A stretch of DNA of 64,000 bases from Phyllobates terribilis (taxonomy: Eukaryota). The DNA lies in the NCBI RefSeq assembly GCF_046119375.1, contig NW_027362765.1, positions 391,158,001 to 391,222,000 of the forward strand, given 5' to 3'. Each line of letters begins with the position of its first letter. The stretch's first letter is position 1. Below are positions 32,750 to 45,276 of the stretch, in pieces. Below the pieces are notes generated by a model. That model had not been told where the DNA came from and did no database searches. It worked only from the letters and a program-made list of their open reading frames with translations. The position numbers and the translations under genes are program-made.

Positions 32750-35700
32750 TTCATATAAAGTGAAATAATGATGACTTCATACAGAATCCACATATAGTGC
32801 CCACATTATACTACCGTTCAATACCTAAACAAAGCTGCCATTCAGTGTCCAAATAATACCTCCACACAGTGCATATATAATAACGTCATACAGCATCCAA
32901 ATGGAACTGTCAGATGTGCCTTTCTTTAACTTTGCTTTTGGCTAAAAATTTCCTGGGATGAGTCCGACTTTGAAAAAGAAAAACATTTTGAGTTACTCTG
33001 TTGACTGCTGTAACGCAGATATTTTATTTATTTCTAAAGACGGTCATATAGCGCCATTTGTTTATTTATTTAAGGCTCGGAAAGACACATCTGTGAATGT
33101 TTTATTTGGATACTGTATGAAGTTATTATATGTGCACTGTGTGGCGGTATTATTTAGACTGTAATTGGCAGCTTTATTTGGACATTGAATGGCAATATTA
33201 GGTGGGCATGATATGACAGGTTTATTTGGATACTATATGGCCGGGCTTCTCAATGTTTTCTCTGTTGGGCCTCATCATCTGTAGTAGAACTTCATGCTGG
33301 AATTAAAAATATGAATCCGGTATTTTGTACTTTTTTTTTAAATAATAAAAAAAGCTCAATTAGTAAATTATATTTTTAAAGCAGTGCAGCCATAAGAAGC
33401 TTTGTGCAGCATGTGGTCACATCACCAACAGCTAAAGGGCTCCTCTCTGATTCAGAAGCACTGCTGTATGGAGTCATTATTTAGCTTTGTATGATGGTAT
33501 TATTTGGAGATGTATTATTTGGTATAGTATGGCTGCAGTTTGTCACATATTAATGCCATTCAGTGCCTAAAAAAACCTGCCAATCAGTAATGAAATAATA
33601 CTGCCACTATACAACACCTAAATAATGACTGCATATGGTTTCCAAATAAATCTGTATCTGTATAATACTGCAAATTCAGGCCTAAAACATCAATGTCCCT
33701 ATATTATCACCACACAGTACCTAAATAGCTCCATACAGTATATAAATAAAACTGTGTCCACATAATACTGTAATACTGCAATTTAATGGCTAAAAAAATC
33801 TGCCATTCAATGTCCCACTATGACCGCCACACAATACCTAAATAATAACTATGCAGTATGCAAATATATCTTTGTCCATATAACATTGAAATTTAGTACC
33901 TAAGGAAACTGCCATTCAGTGTCCTAATAATACCGCCAAACAGCGCCTGTTGGAAATAAAAGTATTTGCTTTATAGCACTCAAAAAGAGTGGCTCATATG
34001 TTTTTTTCAAAGCAAGTCATCTTGGAAAATCTTGAGCCATGGACAAAGGAAGGACACATCCTTAGCTCTCACATAATACTGACAACTGTTCAAATAATGC
34101 CGCTATACAATGCCTAAATTATTCTCCATAGGATATTCAAATAAAACTGCTATACAGTGCTCATATAATACTTCCATATATTTACCACACAATGCTGTCA
34201 TCCAGCACACAAGTAAAACCGCCATTCACTCTCAATATTATGAAGTGGTTAAATATTGAAGTGGATTTTTCTCTGTTAACCCCGTGTTGATCATTTTTTT
34301 ATGACCCTAATCTGAGATCCCGCAGACAGATGTGATCATAATGAAGCATTTTTCCAGGTTATCCCGGGAGACACAGAGCGCTGCATCTGCACAAATATTT
34401 CCACATCCCCCAGATGTTCCCGCGCACCACGTCTGTCACTGAGGGATATTAATATATATTCATACAGAATAACACAGCGTTCAGCTCTTCTTAAAGGGTA
34501 GGTCCATCAGTATTCATGATGAAAGTTGGAGGAGCTATAAATATGGTAACCGCTGCTGTGATCCCTTCCCGTTCCCTTCTCTAACTGTACGTGGCACCAT
34601 ATGGCGCTATTAATAAAACTATCTAGAGCAGACCATATAGTTAAGGCTGACAACTGGTGGTCAGTTAAAGGGAATGGCTGACTGGGTAGCTGTTCCATGC
34701 TCCATATGCGAGTGTTCTTCAGGCAGAGTATGGCGGTATTATTAGTTTGCTGAACTGTAGCTTTAATTGGGCATTAAATGGCAGTATTGTGTCTGAAGCA
34801 TAAGAATTATATGATAGTGTAATTTGTATGGATTTTTATTTAGGCATTGTGCGGCGGTATTATTTATACAGTGGTATGAATGCTAGTTTTATGTGGGCAT
34901 TGAATGGCAGTATTATACAAGAAATATAAGGCAGTGTTATGTGCCCATTATATATGGCAGTATAGATAGTTTGGGAGGCATTTTAAGGCAATATTATTTG
35001 CACACTGAATTATAGTTTTTTGAATGTCGGTATTGTGTATTGGCATTGAATGTGAGAAATGCTAGAATGTGTTATGTAGGTATTATATGATAATGTAATC
35101 AGAGTTTTATCTACGCAGTATATGGCGGTGTTATTTATATACTGAATAGTAATTTTATTTGGGAATCGAATAACAGTATTGTGTCAGAGATATACCATAG
35201 TGTTATGTTGGCATTATATGGTAGTGTAATTTGTATTGGAGTTTTATTCAGGCTTTGTATGGTGGTATTAATTGTACATTGAATTGTAGTTTTTGTATTT
35301 ATTTGGACATTATATGGCAGAACTACATGAGCACTATATGACATATTGTTTGACAGTATAACGTGTGTGGAAGTTTTATGAAGGCATTATATGGCAGTAT
35401 TTGTATGCTGAGTTTTATTTGGGCATTGAATGGCAGTAATATGTGGGAACTATAAGAACGTGTTAATCAGGTATTATATGATAGTATAATTTGTCAAAGA
35501 GGATAATTTAGGCATTGTATGGTGGTATTATTGTACACGGAAAAGTAATTTTACTTGGGTATTACATGGCACTATTGTATTGTAAATAAATAGTAGTGTT
35601 TTGACGGTATTATATGGTAATATAATTTATGTGGGAGTTTTATTTGGGAGTTTCATTTAGAAGTTATATATTACGTTAGATGGCAGCATTGTGTGAGCAA

Positions 35701-36440
35701 CATATGAAAGTGTTATTTAGGTATTATATGACAGTGTATGGGAGTTTTAGTTAGATATATATAACAGTATTATTTGTATACTGAATTGCGGCTCTATTTG
35801 GGCATGGAATGGTAGAATTGTGTGGAAAATATATGGAAATGCTATGTAGTTGTAAAATTGGAGGGTGACTTGAGTGGAAGTTTTATTTAGGCATTGTATG
35901 GCGGTATTATTTATATTTTGGTGTGAAGTATAGTTTTATTTGGAAATCTAGTAGCAGTGTTGTGTAAGAAATATATTTAGAAATGTGTTATGTGGACACT
36001 GTATGGTAGTATACATTAGTTTGTAAACAATAGGCATTGTATGGCGGTATTTATATTTTGGTGTGAAGTATAGTTTCATGTGGAAATCTAATAGCAGTGT
36101 TGTGTAGGAAATGTATTTAGAGATGTGTTATGTGGACACTGCATGGTAGTATACATTAGTTTGTAAACAATAGGCATTGTATGGCGATATTATTTATATT
36201 TTGGTGTGAAGTTTAGTTTCATTTGGGAATCTAATAGCAGTGTTGTGTAGGAAATATTATATTTAGAGATGTGTTATGTGGACACTGCATGGTAGTATAC
36301 ATTAGTTTGTAAACAATAGACATTTTATGGCGGTATTATTTATATTTTGGTGTGAATGATAGTTTAATTTTGGTATTGAATGAGGGTGTTGTGTAGGAAA
36401 TATTTAGAGATGTGTTATGTGGTCACTATATGGTAGTATA
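32750..36440. repeat. Degenerate AT-rich repeat family present in both orientations
   Basis: AATAATACCGCCATACA-like units at ~32750-32930 and ~33550-34230; reverse complement TGTATGGCGGTATTATT at ~33100-33240, ~33480-33540 and ~34720-36440. Confidence 0.7.
35889..36440. repeat. ~142-bp tandem repeat, ~4 copies
   Basis: TAG(G/A)CATT at 35889, 36031, 36171 and 36317. Confidence 0.85.
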
Positions 36441-37469
36441 TAATATTTTGTATTGCGACATTATTTATGTACATACCTTGAAACAACAAGAAACGCTTCT
36501 AAAACTGGAAAGTTTATGCGTTCTTCTTAGTTTGTTGCCCAAGACCCCATTTTCTATAGGTCCACCTCTGGCTGCCACTGGTGGGAACCCATGATCTTGA
36601 CCTTTGCCTTGACCTCGCCCCAAATTAGCCATGTTCAGGCTGAATTACTTGCATTAGGAATGACAAATTCATTGCATTCTACAGAGCGATGTAATGTTTC
36701 CCAGGACGTGATGGCTTTTCTTCTTCATCGTCAGCCATGCCGGGTACTTATAATTAATGGTTCCACCAGGGAGGCTTGGGTTAGGATTTAATTATTGAAA
36801 CCTTTATCCTAAGCAGCTGTTATATAAAAGGTTATTTTATTAGGAAGCGATCGCCGCTGTGGCCTCTTTTAACGTGTAAGCCGCAGGGAATCGCTGCTTT
36901 CTCTTCATCTACGTCTTCCTTTGTTTGGTCTCGAGGATTAAAAAACGAGTAAAGGATTTAATTCTAGTGAAAAAAACGGAGGTGATGTACAGTGCAAAGT
37001 AATGTAACGCAGGTCAGGGATATCTGCTCGTCATCATAATTCAGGAAACATCCTGGTCACAAATTTAATGCTGGCGAGATTTAACATCAACATTTTACAG
37101 ACTTGGGATCCAATCTACACAGAATATTCAGCCTTAAATTAAAAGGGTTGTAATGTCCACCTTTGGGGGAAATTTATTTTTCTGACTTGCACTGTCAATT
37201 GCTGGCTGCAGAATGAGTTAACTGAGGATCCATCAGTGAGCCAGCTATGATGGTTTGTCAGGGAGTTTGTAGCTCTTTTATCTGTCTTTTTCTGAGCTCC
37301 TCTCAGCTGATTTATAACCACGGACCACATCAAAGTTGAAGGCGCAGGGAATCAAGCTGCCTGTAAAAGCCATATGATGCAAAATTGTTAATAAAAATAA
37401 AATATTTTTAGCCATAAAAATGCATTTATAAAATCCCACTTTAATCTATCCTTATACACCTTGTTTTAA

Positions 37470-37836
37470 AGTAGTATTCCCATCTCCAAGATCCTATTCC
37501 AATATGTAGTAGGTGTAATAATAATAATATTAGAAAATATCTCCAAATTAGAAATGTAGTATAGTTCTTCTGATTCGCTATGTCTCTTTCCTCATGTGCA
37601 GGGCATTGCAAGACCTTAGGTATCCATGGTTACGACCACTTGCAACTAGCCAACTAACTGTCGCAATATCATTGGTCGTAACCATGGATACCTAAGGTCT
37701 TGCAAAGCCTGCACTTGAGGGAAGAAGCATAGCTAATCAGAAGAACTGTACTACTTTTCTAATTGGAGGTAATTGCTAATATTATTATTATACCTACTAC
37801 ATATTGGGATAGGATCTAGGAGATGGGAATACCCCT
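37470..37836. mobile_element. Palindromic TTAA MITE (367 bp)
   Basis: TTAA at 37466-37469 and 37837-37840; GTATTCCCATCTCC..GGAGATGGGAATAC termini; inverted symmetry extends almost to the centre. Confidence 0.88.
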
Positions 37837-38200
37837 TTAAGGCTATATCCACATTCACTAATTTTTTTACCGTCCCAGTGGATCTAAAATTAAAAAACAA
37901 CTTTTCAGTAGGACTTAGTTAATAAAAGTTCTTAATGTTTTGTGTGTACAGCTCCTATGCAAACCTGTGTGTCCCAGAGGTCACAGATAACCAAAACCCC
38001 GATTCTGCAGTCATATTTCCACATCCATCTATGCCTTGCAAATGTAGATTTAGTAGGTTGGTAAGAAGTAGGAGACAAATTGATGGGACTTTAACTGACT
38101 GCAGAATCAGACTACACAGGCTTTCTTTGCTGTCTATTACCATGGAGGTGAATAACTTTGCATGGGAGCTGCAGACACAAAATCATTTTTAAGTTTTTAA

Positions 38201-38639
38201 AGTGAATCTGTCATGCAGTTTTTGCTATGAGCGGCATAATATAGGGGTGAAGCGCATGATTCCAGGGATGTGTCACTTATTAGGCTGGTTGCTGTAGTTT
38301 TAATGCAATCAGTGTTTTATCAGCAGGAAATTATCACTGCTGGACTAGATCTCAGGTGCACAGCAGTCAGGCAAATCTGTGTAACCCCGCCTCCACCGCT
38401 GATTGGCAGCTTGCTGACAATGCACAGTGTACAGAGGAAGCAGCCAATCAGTGGTGAGGGCGGGGTTATATACAGCTCAGCATTCCCGAGCTCTGCTAGA
38501 TCTACAGCAGAGAAAACTGTGGTTCTATCAGGACTGAGGCACCCAGCAAACTAAGTGATACATTGCTGGAATCAAGGTCTCTGGCTCTACATCATGCTGC
38601 TGTTAAATTACAAAGCACAAACCTGCTGACAGATTCCCT
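38201..38639. mobile_element. TTAA MITE (439 bp) with the same terminal type as 1087-1405
   Basis: TTAA|AGTGAATCTGTCA ... TGACAGATTCCCT|TTAA. Confidence 0.85.
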
Positions 38640-40114
38640 TTAAATGCATGGGAACAATGCACAATAGTAAGAAGGTGGGACATATGTGTAATATCTAGGA
38701 CATACAGTCTATATTCTATGCTGCTGGACTGAACAGTCGTCGACTGTCACGGGTCTGGCTGCTGAAACCTCCAGGAATGAAAGATTTGACCAAATTCAAT
38801 TCACCAGATTTGCTTGAATTCAACTGGAAAATTCAATTTGCTTTGAATGTATGAGACAAAAATGGACACAAATGTTGATAAAAGCCATTTATTCTGCTCT
38901 GAAGTCTTTCCAGATCCCAGACCGTAATAATCAGAGGGGTTCAAAAATAAAAAAATATTATCCTCACTCTCACCTATTCAGTTGTGGTCCCCTTCCGGTC
39001 CTCCGCCGGCTTGCTTCCTTCCTCCGGCACTGGTCTTCTCTTCTGTACCTCCGGTGTTGACCTGGTCTCACGCAACGTCATGACGTCAGTTGAGTCCTAG
39101 ACACACCAGTGGCGCCGGAGATTGAGGACAGAAGAGAAGACCAGAGCCGGAGAAGAACAGGACAGACGAGGGTCGACGTGAGAATAATGTCTTTTTTTAA
39201 AAAATGTTAACACCTTCCTGGCCCTACATAATATCAAGAAGAATTGGCTGCCATTTTGCTTGAGTTGAACGAACCGAATGGCAAAAAATTTCAAATCCGA
39301 ATTTTTTTATGAAAATCAAAGCGAATTTGACAATTAATTGCCTTTGCTGTAGGAAATGTTGCAGCCTCGTTATGGACAATCATGAAATTATGCTAAAGTC
39401 CGCTTTTTTCAACAGTTATTTGTTCTAAGGTTAGGGTCCTCAGGGCGGCCGTCACTTCTGGTTGAAAGTCACATCTAAATGTGGAGGTGAATGAAGGTAA
39501 CACTGAGACATTCCAAACTTGTGCACTCATTCATCCCCACATTGGACGCATGCAACTTCTGTGTTCACACATTGTGGCTACGGTGCATCTCCTTCAAAAA
39601 TTGCAGAAAAAACTTGGGAGTTTTTTTTATTTTTTAAACGCAAGTGATTTCAGCCTTATTTTAGTAATGAGATACAATACAAACAGAAAAAAAGTAACTT
39701 TTAAATAAGTTTTCTTTTTGGTGGCATATCAAGCTGTTTTCAGAAATACGAGAACGAGTGCATCTTGCCCTTGTCCTGAAATTTTCCCCAATTACACACG
39801 CGGCTGTCTTAAAATGTCATTTTTAGTGGAGGTCCTGCAGAGCCCATCTGGAATTTCAAGCACCGTGACTTAGCATAAAATCTTGATTTCCAAGAAGATA
39901 CTTCAAACTCCTTGAGAATTGCTCTAAACCAACATGAAGATGATGTCAATTATCCTCCTAGTCCTAGTAGATTTCTATCAGAGAGCGCTAATGGAACACT
40001 GCACCGAAACTACACCAATCTTCTACCTAGGAACATAAATGGTTGCAGTGGCGCTGGGCCAGGACCGGGGAATAATCCATTTCTCCTTTCCTCTACAATA
40101 ACTTTTTGTAAACC

Positions 40115-40152
40115 TGCCTGAAGAAGGAGCCTCTGTGCTCTGAAATCTTGCA
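40115..40152 (+). ncRNA. Decayed minimal type-I hammerhead ribozyme motif (Penelope-like element remnant)
   Basis: TGC-CTGAAGA-A-GGAGC-CTCTGT-GCTCT-GAAA-TCTT-GCA: core boxes, 5-bp stem II and 3-bp stem I. Confidence 0.55.
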
Positions 40153-40397
40153 AACACAATTCTTCTGGTTAGCTACTAAAGGTATCACTCCTAGAATAAT
40201 TTTGTTATTTTTAGACATAAAAGTATTTATGTTGAATTTTTAGGAATTCGCTGAAGCCAGTGAACTAGAATAAATTGCAGTTCGCTTTGGGTGCCATTTT
40301 ACACATTGCAGAAGATTGTATCAGAAAGAGAAGGATGTTGGGTGCGGCTGGGCAGGCTACCCCATCATCAGGTGCGGACACAGCCAGAAGAACAATA

Positions 40398-42033
40398 CCG
40401 TGGGTATGGAAAGTATTCAGACCCCTTTAAATTTTTCACTCTTTGTTTCATTGCAGCCATTTGGTAAATTCTAAAAAGTACATTTTTTTTCTCATTAAAG
40501 TACACTGTGCACCCAATCTTGGCTGAAAAAAACCCCAGAAATGTAGAATTTTTTGCAAATTTATTAAATAAGAAAAACTAAAATATCACATGGTCATAAG
40601 TATTCAGACCCATTGCTTAGACACTCATATTTAAGTCACATGCTGTCCATTCCTTGTGATCCTCCTTGAGATGGTTCTACTCCTTCATTGGAGTCCAGCT
40701 GTGTTTAATTAAATTGATAGGACTTGATTTGGAAAGGCACACACCTGTCTATATAAGACCTCACAGCTCACAGTGCATGTCAGACCAAATGAGAATCATG
40801 AGCTTAATGGAACTGCCCAAGGAGCTCAGAGACAGAATTGTGGCAAGGTATAGATCTGGCCAAGGTTACAAAAGAATTTCTGCAGTACTCAAGGTTCCTA
40901 AGAGCACAGTGGCCTCAATAATCTTTAAATGGAAGAAGTTTGGGACCACCAGAAGTCTTCCTAGACCTGGCTGTCCAGCCAAACTGAGCAATCGTGGGAG
41001 AAGAGCCTTGGTGAGAGAGGTAAAGAAGAACCCCAAGATCACTGTGGCTGAGCTCTAGAGATGCAGTAGGGAGATGGAAGAAAGTTCCACAAAATCAACT
41101 ATCACTGCAGCCCTCCACCAGTCGGGCCTTTATGGCAGAGTGGCCCGACGGAAGCCTCTCCTCAGTGCAAGAGATATGAAAGCCCGCATAGAGTTTTCTC
41201 AGAAACACATGAAGGACTCCCAGACTATGAGAAATAAGATTCTCTGGTCTGATGAGATGAAGATAGAACTTTTTGGTGATAATTCTATGCGGTATGTGTG
41301 GAGAAAACGAGGCACTGCTCATCACCTTCCAATACAATCCCAACAGTGAAACATGGTGGTGGCAGCATCATGCCATGGGGGTGTTTTTCAGCTGCAGGGA
41401 CAGGACGACTGCTTGCAATTGAAGGAAACATGAATGCGGCCAAGTACAGAGATATCCTGGATGAAAACCTCTTCCAGAGTGCTCTGGACCTCAGACTTGG
41501 CCGAAGGTTCACCTTCCAACAAGACAATGACCCTAAGCACACAGCTAAAATAACAAAGGAGTGGCTTCAGAACAACTCTGTGACCATTCTTGACTGGAAC
41601 AGCCAGAGCCCTGACCTAAACCCAATTGAGCATCTCTGGAGAGACCTGAAAATGGCTGTCCACCAACATTCACCATCCAACCTGATGCAACTGGAGAGGA
41701 TCGGCAAGGAAGAATGGCAGAGGATCCCGAAATCCAAGTGTGAAAAACTTGTTGCATCATTCCCAAGAAGACTCATGGCTGTACTAGCTCAAAAGGGGGC
41801 TTCTATTCAATACTGAGCAAAGGGTCTGAATACTTATGACAATGTGATATTTCAGTTTTTCTTTTTTAAAAATTTGCACAAATTTCGACATTTCTGTTTT
41901 TTTTCAGTGAAGATGGGGTGCAGAGTGTACTTTAATGAGAAAAAAAAATGAACTTTTTAGAATTTACCTAATGGCTGCAATGAAACAAAGAGTGAAAAAT
42001 TGAAAGGGGTTTGAATACTTTCCGTACCCATTG
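40398..42033 (+). mobile_element. Tc1-family IR/DR DNA transposon (1636 bp)
   Basis: TA flanks; ~210-bp TIRs (C(C/A)(G/A)TGGGTA(T/C)GGAAAGTATTCA) with inner direct repeat AAGTATTCAGACCC. Confidence 0.93.
40798..41816 (+). pseudogene. Tc1 DD34E transposase pseudogene
   Basis: ELPKELRDRIV.. HTH region, WSDE, QQDNDPKH-x-SPDLNPIE with 34-residue D-E spacing. TAG at 41056-41058 and a frameshift near 41330. Confidence 0.92.
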
Positions 42034-43014
42034 TATATGGGCCCTTTGCAGTCCAATAAATCATCAAAATGCTCAATTTCACCTGCTTTGGAGCTGGGGG
42101 ACCCCTTACCTTTTGGGCCTCTGTGTGGCTGCACAGGTTGTACCAGAGGAATGTCCGCGCCTGCCCATAATGCCTTGCCACTATCACATCACATCGTATA
42201 GCAAAGCTGATCATGAAGGATTATGGTAGCCTGTATAAAAGCTAAGGCAGGGAATGTGGCAGCAATTTTATGGTGAACCTTGACAGAGAGAGGACATCAC
42301 AGCTCGCAGCTTAGCCATTGAGATAGGGAGAGAAATCCCTAAATAAAACACTGAAGAAACTGTAGAGCTGAGGTCCTGCGTTGCGGTTGTACTGTGTCCC
42401 TGGCAAAAATGAAGCATGTCAATGCAACAGCTGTGAAGAAGTTTAGTATGTGAGGAAAAGATAATAGGGTCATACATGGTTTTTTAGGGAACTTGGAGTC
42501 TTTGAGATTTTTTCGATTCGCAGTAGATTGAACTTCCTTGGAAAATTCATAGAATCTGGCAAATTCAAATTTTAAGAGACTCGCTCATCTCTGGTAGAAA
42601 CATTTGTAATAGCATCGTGAGAGGACATCTCAGATACAGGTTAACAATTGAGGTAAGGGAAGAAAGCTATAAGAAACTGAATAAACAGTACAGATAGCGT
42701 GTGACAGCACATAAACAGTTGCCATCCTTTTACCCATATCTATATGTTGTGAGGTCATTTTGACATTACCATGGATCTGTTTGCTTTACAAAAGCTTGAA
42801 AAGTGTTTAGTATCGTTGTAGGATACAATTGGAGCACTTCTGGTTTGCAGCAAATCAGTTTTTTTTTTTTTGCAAAAATGTAAAAATGTCAGTGAAATCC
42901 GGTGATTTCAAAGTTTAAAAGATTTGCTCATTCCTAATTATTTACAAATGGAGAAAGTGGAGATGAAAGTAGTAGTAAAGATGCAGTGGAAAAAATTCTG
43001 AAAGTATAAGATAA

Positions 43015-43526
43015 TGTTCACACGTTGTGTTTGGCATTACAGACACCTTCTTAGAGGCTGTCTCTAGGACCCAGCGGCTACCTTCCTCATGCTAATTAAC
43101 ACCCTGGCCTGGGTGTATAAATACCTGCTGTGTGTCAGAGGGAGGTGCTGGTGATATTCATTACTCCTTGTGAGCACCACTTCATCCTCTCTGGAGCTTG
43201 AGGACTTGCGCACATTTGTCTGGAGTCATCTAAAGCTAAGCAATTTTCCCTTCTTTGTCCTCCCTTGTTGTCTTTAGTGTTCAGTGGGTATCGACTAGTT
43301 CTCATGCTCTTCCTTCCCTAGCCAGGGCCAAGTGCCAGGGAAAGACAGGGCAAGGAACGCGTTCGGCGATTGGTGAAGAGCCAATATAGGGACGTTAGGG
43401 GAGACAGGGTGATATTCTATCAGCCAGGAGGTCTCCGCTCCCCCTATCCCTAGAGTCTGGGCTTCCTTTCCCTCTTTCCCTCTTCCCTTTGTGTTGTACT
43501 AAGTCTTTCCCACACCTTGCGTGACA
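43015..43526 (+). mobile_element. Probable degenerate Gypsy solo LTR
   Basis: GTATAAATA box, TAGGGACGTTAGGG motif and a ...GCGTGACA end resembling LTR termini; no TSD found, so the left boundary is uncertain. Confidence 0.4.
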
Positions 43527-43722
43527 CATATGTTTATGAAAAAATACACATTACAAATGTAACAGCGAGTTGAATTGGTCAGGAATACTTTACCTACGAC
43601 CTTGGCAGAGCATTGAGTTTATAGGACACTGTTTACTTTGGTCTGCCATGGAGTTGCTCAGGCATTGTTGAATTTCACACCTTGGTCTGCCAATGTTTAC
43701 TTATCACACATTACTAGTTTAA

Positions 43723-44277
43723 AGAAGTTGTCCACTACTTTATATGAACCCCCCCAATGTATCTTCCTGGGGCCCAGAAGTGTTTTTGTAAATACCTTGC
43801 AGTGCCTTTTCTGCCTCTGAGCGTCGCTATCGCTGGCCGCTCAGAGGCATCACGTTACCCGTCACTGATGTCACGTCAAGTGAGGCGTGACATCAGTGTC
43901 GCGCTACCCGCGGTGGATGCTGGGCTGTGGGCGGGGTTACCCCATGCATCACACCCAGCATCCACCGTGCGCTTTCCCAATGAATGAGGAGAGGGAGAGC
44001 CGCGTGGTGGATGCCAGGTGTGACGTGCTGAGTAACCCCGCCCACAACCCACCGTCCACCGTGGAACGCAGTAGTGAGTACCCCCTGCTGCAGCTGGAAC
44101 TTGACGTGTCATCAGCGGATTTCAGAGCCGGCTGCAGCCGGGGGTCAAGTGATGCCTGTGAGCAGCCAGTGATAGCGCCGCTCACAGGCAGAAAAGGCAC
44201 CACAAGGTATTTAGAGAAACACTTATGGGCCCTGGGGGAATACATTGGGGGATCATATAAAGTAGTGGACAACCCCT
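43723..44277. mobile_element. Palindromic TTAA MITE (555 bp)
   Basis: TTAA|AGAAGTTGTCCACTACTT ... AAGTAGTGGACAACCCCT|TTAA; long inverted arms (GGGGCCCAGAAGTGTTT/AAACACTTATGGGCCC). Confidence 0.88.
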
Positions 44278-44344
44278 TTAATTAAACTGTACTAATCCTA
44301 ACTGCCATCTCAGGTGACGATACCAAGACATTATGGTTTAAACT

Positions 44345-44648
44345 TGGGAAAATCACAAAAATAAATGTGTTTCACAGCTGTACCTGCTTTTCTTCACTAA
44401 AAACGCAGCAAAACCTGATGACTGCATTTTTGCACTTGCTCATTGATTTCTATGGGTGAAAAAACACTGAAAAAACACTGAAAGTACTGACATGTTGCAG
44501 TTTTCAAAAATGCAGCAGTTTTCCAATTCAGTCAGGAAATAAAAAACAGTGTGTCTCATAACTTTTGCTGGTACTGTAAAAGCAGCTTTCAATTTACATA
44601 AATTTGCATTAAAAACTAAGCAAAAACGCAACGTGTGAACATAACCTA
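44345..44648. mobile_element. Fragment of a PIF/Harbinger-type MITE
   Basis: Ends GTGTGAACATAACC|TAA; internal AAAAACGCA/TGCATTTTT motifs. Left terminus is not clear. Confidence 0.4.
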
Positions 44649-44663
44649 AATGTGTTTATTTAG

Positions 44664-44699
44664 CAACACATTTCAAAGCACACCTGCTTCTTCATCAGG
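44664..44699 (-). ncRNA. Decayed minimal type-I hammerhead ribozyme motif (Penelope-like element remnant)
   Basis: Minus strand reads C-CTGATGA-A-GAAGCA-GGTG-TGCTTT-GAAA-TGTGTT-G, followed by AATAAA; 6-bp stem II. Confidence 0.62.
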
Positions 44700-45134
44700 A
44701 TAAACCAAAGAAGTAAAAGTACAGCTCACAAGTTGTGAGTATAAATAGACAACTTATTTGTAAAAGGGCGCGCAACAACGACCCTCTGAAATCATATGAC
44801 CAATGATTGCAAAATTACAGAAGTGTTTGGACAGGCAAAGGGAGCAAAAGGGGGAAGAAGTAACTTTTATTACACTGCTCAAAAAAATAAAGGGAACGCT
44901 CAAATAACACATCCTAGATCTGAATGAATGAAATATTCTCATTGGATACTTTGTTCTGTACAAAGCTGAATGTACTGACAACAAAATCACACAAAAATCA
45001 TCAATGCAAATCAAATCAAATTTATTAACCAATGGAGGCCTGGATTTGGAGTCACCCCCAAAATTAAAGTGGAAAAACACACTACAGGCTGATCCAACTT
45101 TGATGTAATGTCCTTAAAACAAGTCAAAATGAGG

Positions 45135-45276
45135 CTCAGTATTGTGTGTGGCCTCCACGTGCCTGTATGACCTCCCTACAACGCCTGGGCATGCTCCTGA
45201 TGAGTCTCAGTATTGTGTGTGGCCTCCACGTGCCTGTATGACCTCCCTACAACGCCTGGGCATGCTCCTGATGAGG
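45135..45276. repeat. 71-bp tandem duplication of the transposase 3' end
   Basis: CTCAGTATTGTGTGTGGCC... at 45135 and 45206. Confidence 0.9.

Noticed and set aside
34358-34497. Candidate 140-bp exon (TTTTCCAG|...|GTAGGT) with an open frame
   Set aside because: The translation VIPGDTERCICTN.. is not recognisable, no partner exons were found, and such sites arise by chance. Would need RNA-seq.
36680-36740. Minus-strand ATG GCT GAC GAT GAA (MADDEEEK..) resembling a gene start
   Set aside because: Stops after 19 codons with no convincing splice donor.
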